Shown piece by piece: positions 1-11,248 of a stretch of DNA of 64,000 nt. Positions within the stretch are counted from its first letter, which is position 1. The number at the start of each line of letters is the position of its first letter. The position numbers and the translations under genes were made by a program. The stretch covers positions 1,888,001-1,952,000 of the forward strand of contig OY820905.2 of assembly GCA_963555755.3 (NCBI GenBank), in the 5' to 3' direction. The stretch comes from Nitrospirales bacterium (lineage in GTDB: Bacteria; Nitrospirota; Nitrospiria; Nitrospirales; UBA8639). Below the pieces are notes generated by a model. That model had not been told where the DNA came from and searched no databases. It saw nothing but the letters and a program-made list of their open reading frames with translations.

Positions 1-1563
1 CAGATTGATCCCAATCCCCAAACACAAAGTGACTGCAAAGCCTTTAATGGGACCACTGCCAAAAACAAACAGCGCGAGCCCGGTGATTAACGTCGTCACA
101 TGCGAGTCCACAATGGTGAGGAACGCCTTGTCGTACCCCGCATCCACGGCTAATCGAACCGGGCGCCCCTGTCGAAGCTCCTCACGAATGCGTTCGAAAA
201 TCAGGATATTGGAATCGACACCCATTCCAATGGTCAAAATGATTCCGGCAATCCCCGGAAGCGTCAACGTGGCATTCAATCCGGACAACGCGCCAAATAA
301 GCAAATCAGATTCAACGCCACCGCGGCATTTGCGACAATCCCCGATAGGCGGTAATACACAATCATAAATAACAACACGACCAGCCCAGCAATAAACGTT
401 GTTTTCAAACCTTTTTCAATGGAGTCTCGCCCCAAAGACGGACCGATCATGAGGTCTTGGAGTGTTTTCATCGGCGCTGGTAGCGCACCGGCTCGCAGCA
501 CAATCGCTAAATCATTGGCTTCGGCCGTGGTGAAGGTTCCAGTAATCTCACCCCGCCCGGCCAAAATAGGTGATTGAATTCTTGGAGCTGAATAGACTCT
601 CCCATCCAGCACAATGGCCATGAACTTTCCAACATTCTCCGAGGTAACACGCCCAAATTCTTTTGCCCCTTTGCTATCTAGGGTGAACGAAACATTTGGT
701 TCACTAAACTCCCCAATAGACACTCGTGCGTCTTGCAAGACATCCCCGGTCAGGACCGGAGTTTTAAACACAAGGTACGGCCGGCTATATTTTGGAAAAC
801 CCTCATCTGCAGCCACCGGCTCAAACAATATTTCTGACCCTTCCGGCACCTGACTTGCAAATTTCTTACGAATGGCCTTTTCCTGGGTCCGTTCCACCTG
901 CCCTGGCAACGCCAGCTTCGGTCCATTGTCTTCATCCAGCAATTTGAATTCGAGAAGAGCCGTAGCTCGGATCAGTTCCTTAGCCCGCTTTGGATCTTTC
1001 ACACCAGGCAATTGGATGACAATCTGCTTTCGACCCTGCCGCTGGAGAAGCGGCTCGGTCACACCAAACTCGTCAATACGATTCCGAATGGTTTCTAGCG
1101 CCTGATTGATGGCTCCGTTCTTGATGCGATCTATGTCATCGCTATTCAGCTCGTACACCAACGTTTGGCCATCTTTGGAAACTTGAAAATATGTCGGAAA
1201 CGATTCAGAAAGGAGGGTTGCGGCTCCATCAAGTTCATCTGAATCGGACAGTTCAATCGTGATCTGCACGCCTTCTTCTCGGGAGGCCTTGTTAAACTCA
1301 ATGCCTTGATCGGTCAACAGGTCCTGCATGGCTCTGGCCGAGCGGTCTACGGCAATTTCCACCGCACGATCTTCTTCCACTTCCAAGACCATATGAATCC
1401 CGCCTTGCAGATCAAGGCCAAGAGAGATACCACGAGGAGGAATCATCCCCTTCAGACCGTCAGGCAGAGAATCATAAAGCCCAGGCCAGGACGGAATAGA
1501 CAAATAGACAGAGAGGATCGTTAACCCCAAGATCAGCAATAAACGCGTACGAACTTTTTTCAT
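1..1563 (-). CDS. secD: Protein translocase subunit SecD (N-terminal part; runs off the left edge)
   Basis: Manual translation from ATG 1563: MKKVRTRLLLILGLTILSVY...LGLDLQGGIHMVLEV...IRNRIDEFGVTEP...LAIVLRAGALPAP...GPSLG...LTLPGIAGIILTIGMGVDSNILIFERIREE; follows yajC. Absent from the ORF track because it is truncated. Confidence 0.97.
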   Translation of the reverse strand, partial: MKKVRTRLLLILGLTILSVYLSIPSWPGLYDSLPDGLKGMIPPRGISLGLDLQGGIHMVLEVEEDRAVEIAVDRSARAMQDLLTDQGIEFNKASREEGVQITIELSDSDELDGAATLLSESFPTYFQVSKDGQTLVYELNSDDIDRIKNGAINQALETIRNRIDEFGVTEPLLQRQGRKQIVIQLPGVKDPKRAKELIRATALLEFKLLDEDNGPKLALPGQVERTQEKAIRKKFASQVPEGSEILFEPVAADEGFPKYSRPYLVFKTPVLTGDVLQDARVSIGEFSEPNVSFTLDSKGAKEFGRVTSENVGKFMAIVLDGRVYSAPRIQSPILAGRGEITGTFTTAEANDLAIVLRAGALPAPMKTLQDLMIGPSLGRDSIEKGLKTTFIAGLVVLLFMIVYYRLSGIVANAAVALNLICLFGALSGLNATLTLPGIAGIILTIGMGVDSNILIFERIREELRQGRPVRLAVDAGYDKAFLTIVDSHVTTLITGLALFVFGSGPIKGFAVTLCLGIGINL

Positions 1564-1581
1564 CTAGCAACTCTCCAAATT

Positions 1582-1926
1582 TTATCCTTCATCGGTGGCC
1601 CTCTTGCGAGCGATATTGTCGCGTTGGATTTTCACTCTCGTATTATCGTCAATTTGAATGGTGGCCGTCTCTTTCTCCAATCGGTTGATGGTCCCCCAGA
1701 TGCCAGAGGACGTAATAATTTTGTCCCCTTTCTTGAGCGCTTCGAGCATTTTTTTTTGCTCTTTCGTCTTACGCTGTTGAGGGAGAATCAACAAGAAATA
1801 AAAAATTACGAAGATCAACAGAAAGGGGACTAAGGAGAGGAGACCTGCCGGCCCCTCGGCCGCGTCAGCCCCTTGCGCCCATGCCACTGAGGCCATCGCC
1901 ACGGAGGCCATTGAATAAATTGTCAC
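1582..1926 (-). CDS. yajC: Preprotein translocase subunit YajC
   Basis: IFYFLLILPQQRK...ALKKGDKIITSSGIWG motif; tgt-yajC-secD synteny. Confidence 0.95.
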   Translation of the reverse strand: MTIYSMASVAMASVAWAQGADAAEGPAGLLSLVPFLLIFVIFYFLLILPQQRKTKEQKKMLEALKKGDKIITSSGIWGTINRLEKETATIQIDDNTRVKIQRDNIARKRATDEG

Positions 1927-3113
1927 AACTCTTCCTCCTTCCGGGAATTCCCATTTTGACCTGTCAGCCCCGCGCCCACTTCCTCAACATACGGAGCACT
2001 ACGTGGTGAAATTTCGCGAGTGGCATAGAACTGTTCGCGATAGGCCAGTAAGCGATCTTCTTGAATGGCCTCACGTAATTGTTTCATAAGCTGGTGATAA
2101 TACCACAAGTTATGGATGGTATTGAGCCGAACTCCCAACATTTCATTCGACATAAAAAGATGCCGGAGATAAGCCCGGGAATACCGCTCGCAGACCGGAC
2201 AGGTGCATTGGTCATCAATCGGGGATTCATCACGAGCATATTGTGCATTTTTTATCATGACCCGTCCGGTTGAGGTAAACAGCCATCCGGTTCGACCATG
2301 ACGCGAGGGAATCACGCAGTCGAACATATCAATCCCTCGCACGACGCCTTCTACCAAATCTTCTGGCAACCCCACTCCCATGAGATAGCGTGGATGATCT
2401 TCGGGGAGCTCAGGTATGGTGGCTTCGATCATGGCCATCATGGCCAGCTTATCTTCCCCTAAACTTAGACCACCGAGAGCATATCCATCAAATTCCATCT
2501 CAACGAGATCATGAGCCGCCGTTCGGCGAAGATCCGCATCCAACCCTCCCTGGACAATACCAAACAAGGCTTGGCCACTACCCTGAGCAGCTTGCTTGCA
2601 CAGCCGCGCCCATTGCGTGGACCGACGGACAGCATCACGAGCTTGTTCGGTGGTGCAAGGATGGGTTGGGCATTCGTCGAGCACCATCATGATATCCGAG
2701 CCCAACGCCATTTGAATTTCCATGCACCGTTCAGGGGTCAATTCATGCATGGAACCATCCAGATGCGATTTAAAGGTGACACCCTCATCCGTAATGTGAC
2801 GCAGATCCGAAAGACTCACCATTTGGAAACCACCGCTATCCGTCAAGATGGCTCCGGACCACCCGGTAAAGCGATGCAACCCGCCCAATTCAGCAATCAG
2901 TTGATGGCCGGGGCGAAGATACAGATGGTACGAATTACTCAGCATCAATCCAAACCCGCATGAGTGCAACTCATCGGGGGTAATCCCCTTCACCGGGCCC
3001 AATGTCCCGACTGGCATAAAGACCGGCGTTTCGACAATCCCATGTGACGTGGTTAAACGTCCGGTTCTGGCCTGACAGGCAGCGTCTTGATGTGAGACCG
3101 AAAATTGAATCAT
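1923..3113 (-). CDS. tgt: tRNA-guanine transglycosylase
   Basis: TPVFMPVGT, TDSGGFQ, PRYLMGVG, DMFDCVIP and CTCPVC zinc site; start placed at ATG 3113 (MIQFSV). Confidence 0.97.
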   Translation of the reverse strand: MIQFSVSHQDAACQARTGRLTTSHGIVETPVFMPVGTLGPVKGITPDELHSCGFGLMLSNSYHLYLRPGHQLIAELGGLHRFTGWSGAILTDSGGFQMVSLSDLRHITDEGVTFKSHLDGSMHELTPERCMEIQMALGSDIMMVLDECPTHPCTTEQARDAVRRSTQWARLCKQAAQGSGQALFGIVQGGLDADLRRTAAHDLVEMEFDGYALGGLSLGEDKLAMMAMIEATIPELPEDHPRYLMGVGLPEDLVEGVVRGIDMFDCVIPSRHGRTGWLFTSTGRVMIKNAQYARDESPIDDQCTCPVCERYSRAYLRHLFMSNEMLGVRLNTIHNLWYYHQLMKQLREAIQEDRLLAYREQFYATREISPRSAPYVEEVGAGLTGQNGNSRKEEEL

Positions 3114-3205
3114 GAGAGCGCCATATGAAGAGGTAGGCAATGCCCACCCTACACATTAATAGTTTAAGGTCCAACTCCCTGCTTCTGGCGGAAGAACCAT
3201 AGATT

Positions 3206-3317
3206 AAATCCGAAGCTCGAGTATCGAAATCCGAAACACATTAGAATGACTAAATTGAAAAATTCAAATTTAGGATTTCTGATGTGTTTCGAAATTCGAT
3301 ATTCGTATTTCGATTTT
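3206..3317. repeat. AT-rich imperfect inverted repeat built from ~7-bp TCGAAAT-like units (family E, copy 1)
   Basis: aaatccgaagctcgagtatcgaaatccgaaacaca ... tgtgtttcgaaattcgatattcgtatttcgatttt; related copies at 29630, 30795 and 38521. Confidence 0.8.
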
Positions 3318-3345
3318 ATGGAACGTATTTGGCATGACGATACCA

Positions 3346-5103
3346 CTACATTTTCTCCGGCGCACTCACGCCCAAAAGCGTGAGGCCATTGTTGAGTACA
3401 GTTTTGACCTGCTGCAATAACGCCAGTCTAGCAAGGGTTAGCGCAGGAGAGACGGTTTCTCTGATGGCTTTGCGTTCTTCCCCATCCTGCACCTGATCGA
3501 TTACTTCCTCTCGCGCATCGCCTTCTTTAGGCGGCAAGACCCGGTGTTTGTAATAAAACACATGGAGAAGACCCGCTAATTCTTGCAGGTAAAACGAAAT
3601 CCGATGCGGTTCCAAGGCCTGAGCACAGCTTTCGAGCAAACCAGGGAAACTCGACAGATGCTTGATCAGCCGAAACTCTTCGGGGGCCATGAGTAAAGAC
3701 AAATCGGCATCGTGCACAGGGGGAACCGTCAGGCCACGTTCCTGAGCGATGCGAAATAAACTGGCCAACCGCGCATGAGCATACTGCACGTAATACACGG
3801 GATTGTCCGCCGATTGTTTTTTGGCCAATTCCAAATCGAACTCCAAATGAGTATCTGCACGCCGCATCAGAAAAAAAAACTTGGCGGCATCGGCGCCCAC
3901 TTCATTCGCAACCTCTTCAAGTGTCACAAACTCACCGGACCGTTTAGACATTTCGACTTTTTTCCCACCTCGCAACAAACTCACCATCTGCACCAAGACC
4001 ACCTGGAGCCGATCTTTGGGATACCCAAAGGCTTCCACCACTCCCTGCATCCGAGGCACATACCCATGATGATCCGCGCCCCAAATATTGATGAGCCAAT
4101 CAAAACCCCTTGTGAGTTTGTCAAAATGGTAGGCGATATCAGATGCCAAGTACGTATAATCACCATCCTGTTTACACACCACACGATCTTTCTCATCTTT
4201 GAATTGGGAGGAGCGAAACCACACGGCTCCATCTTCTTTGAACACCAAGTCGCGTTGTTCCAGATCATTTAGCGCATCCTGGATCTTTCCCGTGGTCAAC
4301 AACGACGCTTCGCTATACCACGTCTCAAAATTGACCCCAAATTGAGCGAGATCGCGTTTGATCGCATCGAGAAGTTTTTCATAAGCCAGTTGCCCACAAC
4401 GCACTTGTCCCTCTTCTGAGGGCAGATCTAAAATGGTTGATCCAAATTGCTCCCGAATACCTTGAGCCAAATCTTTGATATATGCTCCATGATACCCATC
4501 CTCGGGAAAATCAACGTGTTCCCCTTCCAGCTCTCGATATCTAGCGTAGACAGAAGCAGAAAGAAGCTTCATCTGTCGCCCAGCATCATTAATGTAGTAT
4601 TCCCGTTCCACTGAATAGCCAGCGGCACGCAGCAATCTGGCAAGCGCTTCACCAAGCGCGGCACCGCGTCCATGCCCCACATGCAACGGCCCAGTTGGGT
4701 TGGCACTCACAAACTCAAGTAATACGCGCCGACCTTGGCCAATGACACTGCATCCATAGCCCTCGCCTTGCGCGTCAATCTCGGTGAGGACTGAATGCCA
4801 GCAATCCCGACGAAGAGTAAAATTGAGAAACCCCGGTGGAGCGATATCGATCTGTTCGAAAAACTGGCAAGAGGATTTCATGTGCGCCGCGATAAGGTCG
4901 GCCACATCCCTAGGCGATTTTCCTTCTTTTTTGGCGATTGACATCGCGACGTTGGAGGATAAATCTCCCCATTCTTCCCGCTTGGGAAATTCCACCGAGG
5001 GAACGGGAAACCAATCCGAGTTCAACAAACCCTGTGCCTTGGCGTGAAGAAGGGCTTCAGAAATGGCTGAGGAGACTCGTTCTTGGACAATACCAGCGGA
5101 CAC
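3346..5103 (-). CDS. argS: Arginine--tRNA ligase
   Basis: EFVSANPTGPLHVGHGR (HIGH), WGADHHGY, MSKRSG, NPVYYVQYAHAR, C-terminal LGVSAPEKM. Confidence 0.98.
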   Translation of the reverse strand: MSAGIVQERVSSAISEALLHAKAQGLLNSDWFPVPSVEFPKREEWGDLSSNVAMSIAKKEGKSPRDVADLIAAHMKSSCQFFEQIDIAPPGFLNFTLRRDCWHSVLTEIDAQGEGYGCSVIGQGRRVLLEFVSANPTGPLHVGHGRGAALGEALARLLRAAGYSVEREYYINDAGRQMKLLSASVYARYRELEGEHVDFPEDGYHGAYIKDLAQGIREQFGSTILDLPSEEGQVRCGQLAYEKLLDAIKRDLAQFGVNFETWYSEASLLTTGKIQDALNDLEQRDLVFKEDGAVWFRSSQFKDEKDRVVCKQDGDYTYLASDIAYHFDKLTRGFDWLINIWGADHHGYVPRMQGVVEAFGYPKDRLQVVLVQMVSLLRGGKKVEMSKRSGEFVTLEEVANEVGADAAKFFFLMRRADTHLEFDLELAKKQSADNPVYYVQYAHARLASLFRIAQERGLTVPPVHDADLSLLMAPEEFRLIKHLSSFPGLLESCAQALEPHRISFYLQELAGLLHVFYYKHRVLPPKEGDAREEVIDQVQDGEERKAIRETVSPALTLARLALLQQVKTVLNNGLTLLGVSAPEKM

Positions 5104-5168
5104 GATTTCTCTCTATCTGGGTTTAAAATAAAGGGAATGTTCAAAAAAGCATGCCCTTGTATAATGCA

Positions 5169-6373
<1,205 letters not shown>

Positions 6374-6565
6374 GTCTTTCCGAAGGGTCTGTCCAGCAAG
6401 GCCGCAGCCCTTTTGACGCGCGGAACGTACATGGAGTACGTGAGCACGGCAAAATGGCGAGAACGCCGCTGGCGGCTTTTTTCAACATTCCCATAAAATG
6501 TTTTTAGAGGAATGGGCACGGAGTTTTTAACACAGCCTCCTGCAGCATGGCAAGCGAGAAAACCC

Positions 6566-7618
6566 TTAATTAATTTTCACTAACTGGCGTTGCGGCTTTT
6601 CCATACCTGCACCACGCAAACCACGCTCAACGGCCTCGACGACTTCGTCAACTGAATGTGTTAAACACAATTTTTCTGAACAGTGTTGAACGGCTTGCCA
6701 ATCCTGACACTGACAACTCGGCCCATGAATCACCTCGACATGATCCCCTTTGGGGCTCCAACGTTGAGGATCAGTTGGACCAAATAGCGCAACAGTCGGA
6801 ACACCTAAGGCTGCGGCAAGATGGGTGATCCCCGAATCATGCCCAAGAAATACGTCCGTTTGGCGTAAGACCCGAGCCATTTCTGATAAATCTACATCTT
6901 TGAGGATTTTGTAGCTCACCTGATCGAGATATGGCTTAAGCGCAGTTACCCTCTCTTCGTCTGCCGGCCCTTGGCAAATCAAAACTGTTCGATCATCCCC
7001 GCCGGCTAACCTTTTGATGATGAGGCTCAGTCTTTCAGGAGAAAGACATTTATGCCGGCTCCCACTTCCTGGATGAATCATTATCACTGGTTTGGACTGC
7101 TTAGTTTGAAATGAAGGGATGGATATCTTTAACAATGGCTCATCCGCTTGTGGACGACCAGGCGGAAGAAAGGCTTTGCCGGAAGTGTCAGACATGCCTA
7201 ACTCAAGGGTTTCACAAAATCGATCAGATTGATGAAGCGCCTGTAAGGAATGGGCATGAGGAGAAACAACACATCGATGGCTAATACCAACACGTTGTAA
7301 ATTTTCAGATAAACGCCCGCCAGAGTCATGAACCCATGCCACCGCGTGAGTACACCGCGAAAAGATGTCTGTGATTTCCGGTTTCCTTCGCGGATATTCT
7401 TCAAGAAGCTCTGAGAACACAGGCCCCTCTAAAGCAATCACACGATCAATGACGCCATACTCCATAAGAAGCCGCCCGATCTCTCCCCGAGCAAGGAGAA
7501 TACATTCATGCCCAGGCAACCTATCCCGGATGCTCCGGATAGCTTTAAGAGCTAATAACACATCACCTAAGGTGCCAGGATGAATGATTATTACTCCATT
7601 GGGATGTATCATCTTCAT
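6566..7618 (-). CDS. Glycosyltransferase family 9 (heptosyltransferase-like)
   Basis: PGTLGDVLL, IHPGSG and GHDSGITHLAAALGVPTVALFGPT motifs; start placed at ATG 7618. Confidence 0.9.
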   Translation of the reverse strand: MKMIHPNGVIIIHPGTLGDVLLALKAIRSIRDRLPGHECILLARGEIGRLLMEYGVIDRVIALEGPVFSELLEEYPRRKPEITDIFSRCTHAVAWVHDSGGRLSENLQRVGISHRCVVSPHAHSLQALHQSDRFCETLELGMSDTSGKAFLPPGRPQADEPLLKISIPSFQTKQSKPVIMIHPGSGSRHKCLSPERLSLIIKRLAGGDDRTVLICQGPADEERVTALKPYLDQVSYKILKDVDLSEMARVLRQTDVFLGHDSGITHLAAALGVPTVALFGPTDPQRWSPKGDHVEVIHGPSCQCQDWQAVQHCSEKLCLTHSVDEVVEAVERGLRGAGMEKPQRQLVKIN

Positions 7619-7622
7619 GGCA

Positions 7623-8237
7623 CTATTGAGAGTCACCAATTTTTCTTGCCAATTCCAAATCAGCGGGGGAATTGACATTCATAAACGAAAGCAAATGGTT
7701 ATCGTAGGGAAGAATCTCCGATTCCAATACTTTTCGTATTTCAAGAGAAGACTCATCAAGTAAATTTTGCACACGAAGATTTTCGCTCTTCACCATCTGC
7801 TCTAAATGAGATAAGCAGCGCTTGGAATATATGGCATGCATGGTTTGTAGGCCATGTGCCAGCTGGGCAAGGGTGACATCAAAATGAGAGGAAATGGAAG
7901 CCATATATCGAATGACATCGGGATTGAGATAAGGCATATCACAGGCCACCACAAAAACCCTTTGCTGTGTGGCATAAAATAAACCCGTATACAAACCTCC
8001 TGCTGCAGCGCGATTGGGGATTAAGTCATTGACGACTCGAACGTTATCGTGGTGTACGGGAAAGTCCTCTACACCGAGAACAACAATGACTTCGGGAAAT
8101 ATTTTAACAAGAACGTCCAGGGCTCGATTAAAAAGTGTCTCACCGTCCAAAACTAGGGTTCGTTTATCTTGCCCCATTCGCCGGCTTTTCCCCCCTGCCA
8201 GAAGAACTCCGGTAATGTCGTCTTCTCTAATCCCCAT
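7623..8237 (-). CDS. mobA: Molybdenum cofactor guanylyltransferase
   Basis: LLAGGKSRRMGQDK, VVACDMP and FMNVNSPADL motifs. Confidence 0.93.
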   Translation of the reverse strand: MGIREDDITGVLLAGGKSRRMGQDKRTLVLDGETLFNRALDVLVKIFPEVIVVLGVEDFPVHHDNVRVVNDLIPNRAAAGGLYTGLFYATQQRVFVVACDMPYLNPDVIRYMASISSHFDVTLAQLAHGLQTMHAIYSKRCLSHLEQMVKSENLRVQNLLDESSLEIRKVLESEILPYDNHLLSFMNVNSPADLELARKIGDSQ

Positions 8238-8248
8238 ATCTCATGCAT

Positions 8249-8284
8249 AAAAAAAGGGGGTGGGTATTCCCCACCCCCTTTTTT
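8249..8284 (-). terminator. Rho-independent terminator after the cytochrome c gene
   Basis: aaaaaaagggggtggg-tattc-cccacccccttttt hairpin with A/T tails. Confidence 0.75.
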
Positions 8285-8333
8285 CTCCAGTCCGGGTAGC
8301 CCCTTGGCATCCGGAGGAATGTATTGGATACCC

Positions 8334-10175
8334 TTAGGCTTCGCCCTTTTCTTTACGCCTATTGCTGCGACGTCCAAGAACCCAGCCTTCCAGAACAATA
8401 ATCCCTATTGCCATGATCGTGGGATAAATATACACGGTATTTTCAGTCGGCGGCTCCATCACCAGGTAATAAATCGCCGATACCGCCATCTTCCGTGCAA
8501 CATCCCCGTTGTGCCCATCCCAAGCAAAGAACACCATCGGGATATATTTACCATTCTGTAAGTAGGCCACTTCTTCATAGTCACCTCTGAGGGGACGTTT
8601 GATAATGACCGTCCAACGGCCATTGACCCATTCCGCTTTGAGAACCGACACTTCTTCTTGGAAATCTAGTTCAGTGAAGTCCTGGTCCCAACCCGTGCCT
8701 TCGTATACCCCAAGGGTACCATCCGCGGTCCATTTCGTGATATCCGCTGCGAATCTTTCATCACCCCAAAAGTATCGTGGTTTTCGTGGTGCAGGCAACT
8801 CTTGCCATTTTATCGGGAATTGAAACGCGATCCCATCGTTGTACACGGCATAGCCATCTTTTTGTTTGGCTGCAAGGGATTCAGGGTGGAATTGCTCCTC
8901 GCTGAACAACGACCCATGAGGTTGTTGTTCTTCTATTCCATAGTCTTCAAGGTTTACTTCTTCCGGATCCCAATCCACATCATCTTCCTGAATACTCTTG
9001 GTACGGTCATTCCACTTGAACATAAACAGAATATGATCCTTATTATAAACCGACTGTACCCAAACATCATCAATCCGATTCACGAAATTCCTGGGTTTAT
9101 GGGTGATTTGGCCGCCTAAGGCAACCCATTTTCGAGGGGCTGTTTTCCACGCTTCACCATTTTCATCCGTTGGAAGATCCCCTTCAACAAATTTTGAGGG
9201 AATGACGAAAGTACCCTTGGGCTTATCTGTTAAGGGGTCAATGGGCAGGGGCAACGCCGTACTTAGGGTAGTGGCAATCTCATCGCTGACTTCACCACCG
9301 GCCACAACCACTTCACCGATTCTTTCACACAGAGATTGTACGTAGTTGGCAATATGCCACCGATCTTCTATGCTCGTAGTATCGGCAAAGGACGGCATCG
9401 GGGTGCCATTAATCCCCGTGGAAAACGTGCGGAAGATATTCTTGACGTTGTAGGCATCCTGCCGGCTGCCTCTGAAATTCCAGCATTTGTGCCAGTCTGC
9501 CGGTTGAATTGAGAAGCCCCAGTCATCTTTGAGGTTAAAGGCATTCCCATCACCTCGCCCTTCCATACCATGGCATTCAACACACTTCTTCTCGACCACG
9601 AGTTCCGATCCACGCTTGATGGATTCAGGGCTGTTGGCAACTGGTTGTAATTCATCGAGTTCCAAAACAAAAAAGTCCTCGAACTCGGTATCTTGCCAGT
9701 CTCGATCCTTAACCAACTGCGTGGACACAAAGGCCAACACGTCTTTTCGTTGTTGCTCGGTGAGAATACCTTCCCAAGACGGCATGGCCGAACCTGGGAG
9801 CCCATGCGTGACTGTCTGAAGTAAATCGACGTTAATCAAAGGCAACTGACCGCTCGCAGTATGCCGAATTTTAAATGTTCCAGACTCGAAGTTCCGTGGA
9901 CGGGGCCACAGCCGCACCGCACCCGGTCCATCGCCTGTCCCCTCCACACCATGGCACCACACACATTTGGTGAAATACACCCTCTTCCCTGCTTCAATTT
10001 GTTCTGCCCCAGGTACTGCAGATGCACTTTGCTTGACAAACCCTTCAGGGATCTCTTCTTCTTCTTCTTGGCCCAAGGTTGTAAGCGGAAGTCCTAATCC
10101 AAGAAGCACACTGATACCTATTGCCAGTGCTATACGACTTGGGGTGCCCGTCGTGAATCTTGTATTCCTGTTCAT
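8334..10175 (-). CDS. Membrane-anchored diheme cytochrome c with C-terminal ethylbenzene-dehydrogenase-gamma-like domain (candidate NXR gamma-like/electron-transfer subunit)
   Basis: Signal peptide; CVWCH and CVECH; C-terminal beta domain (WNDRT, YNDGIAFQFP, GRWTVIIKRPL, FFAWDG) plus a TM anchor; start ATG 10175 with AGAGGA RBS. Confidence 0.8.
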   Translation of the reverse strand: MNRNTRFTTGTPSRIALAIGISVLLGLGLPLTTLGQEEEEEIPEGFVKQSASAVPGAEQIEAGKRVYFTKCVWCHGVEGTGDGPGAVRLWPRPRNFESGTFKIRHTASGQLPLINVDLLQTVTHGLPGSAMPSWEGILTEQQRKDVLAFVSTQLVKDRDWQDTEFEDFFVLELDELQPVANSPESIKRGSELVVEKKCVECHGMEGRGDGNAFNLKDDWGFSIQPADWHKCWNFRGSRQDAYNVKNIFRTFSTGINGTPMPSFADTTSIEDRWHIANYVQSLCERIGEVVVAGGEVSDEIATTLSTALPLPIDPLTDKPKGTFVIPSKFVEGDLPTDENGEAWKTAPRKWVALGGQITHKPRNFVNRIDDVWVQSVYNKDHILFMFKWNDRTKSIQEDDVDWDPEEVNLEDYGIEEQQPHGSLFSEEQFHPESLAAKQKDGYAVYNDGIAFQFPIKWQELPAPRKPRYFWGDERFAADITKWTADGTLGVYEGTGWDQDFTELDFQEEVSVLKAEWVNGRWTVIIKRPLRGDYEEVAYLQNGKYIPMVFFAWDGHNGDVARKMAVSAIYYLVMEPPTENTVYIYPTIMAIGIIVLEGWVLGRRSNRRKEKGEA

Positions 10176-10234
10176 TGTGTTCCTCTTTATGTTGCAAGTC
10201 ATCAAAAGGCCAGTTTGCTCATCCAATAAACCGA

Positions 10235-11200
10235 TTAATCCCACGTTCTCGGGTAATAACCGGTATGCCAGTATTCGAACATCACGACTTTCCAGATCTC
10301 ATCCACGGTGAGGTGTTGTTCCCAGGGAGGCATCACCGATGCCCACGGAAAAGCTTCGCCGGGTAATCCGATCCCACCTTTTGCAACACGCCAGAATACG
10401 AAAGTTTCTTGCAACTGCGCAATGGTTCCAGCGTCCGTAAAGTTTGCTGGAATCGGGTTAAAAGCAAAGGCCCAGAGCCCGCGTCCGTTTAAGTTGTCTC
10501 CATGACAGAAATGACAATTTTGAAAGAAGATCTCTCCTCCTTCACGTACGTATTTAGTGTAGCCTTCTGCATTTGGATCCCATGGATTGAAATTAGGATC
10601 GTTCACGTCCTTCATTAACCGGCCCATGCTTTGGTCCACGATCCGTTCGTTGCCATATTCCTGATCATATTTGCCTTCGGCATTAACCCTGTAGGGATTG
10701 GCGCTTGTTTGAAGCACAAACGTTTTTCCATGGACTTTCGTGGTGGCCGGCGGCGCAGGATGCACAGTCCGCAATTCAATCGGCTCCTCAAAGCTTGGTA
10801 TAAGTGAACTATAGGCAAACCCCCACAAGCCAAGGGGGATGAGGATTAAAGCCACGACTCGAAGGCCTTTGTGAAATCCGGAAACCCCATCCATCACATT
10901 GAAAATTGGACGTTTAAAATCTAGCCACTCTTTCTCGGAACCAGAGACCCACATAAAAATCCCGCATCCGGTCACCGTACCGTAAATGGCCCGCACACTG
11001 AACGGAATAGGGGGATAAATCCGATAGGTTAAATACATCCAGATAAAAACCCAGACTCCGATCCCCGCCCAAAACTTGGGAATCCCCATCCCGGCGCGAT
11101 TTAAGGACCAATTGATCACAACGAACAATAAGATCGCACCGGTCAGCTCCATAATCATCTGCATCGGCATGTAGCCTTCAACTAACTTTAACCAGGTCAT
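10235..11200 (-). CDS. Membrane-bound monoheme cytochrome c
   Basis: N-terminal hydrophobic helices, CHFCH, SVMPPW. Confidence 0.88.
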   Translation of the reverse strand: MTWLKLVEGYMPMQMIMELTGAILLFVVINWSLNRAGMGIPKFWAGIGVWVFIWMYLTYRIYPPIPFSVRAIYGTVTGCGIFMWVSGSEKEWLDFKRPIFNVMDGVSGFHKGLRVVALILIPLGLWGFAYSSLIPSFEEPIELRTVHPAPPATTKVHGKTFVLQTSANPYRVNAEGKYDQEYGNERIVDQSMGRLMKDVNDPNFNPWDPNAEGYTKYVREGGEIFFQNCHFCHGDNLNGRGLWAFAFNPIPANFTDAGTIAQLQETFVFWRVAKGGIGLPGEAFPWASVMPPWEQHLTVDEIWKVVMFEYWHTGYYPRTWD

Positions 11201-11248
11201 CGTTCTATGCTCCTGTTTTAATAATACAGAACGGTAGAGATTGAATTC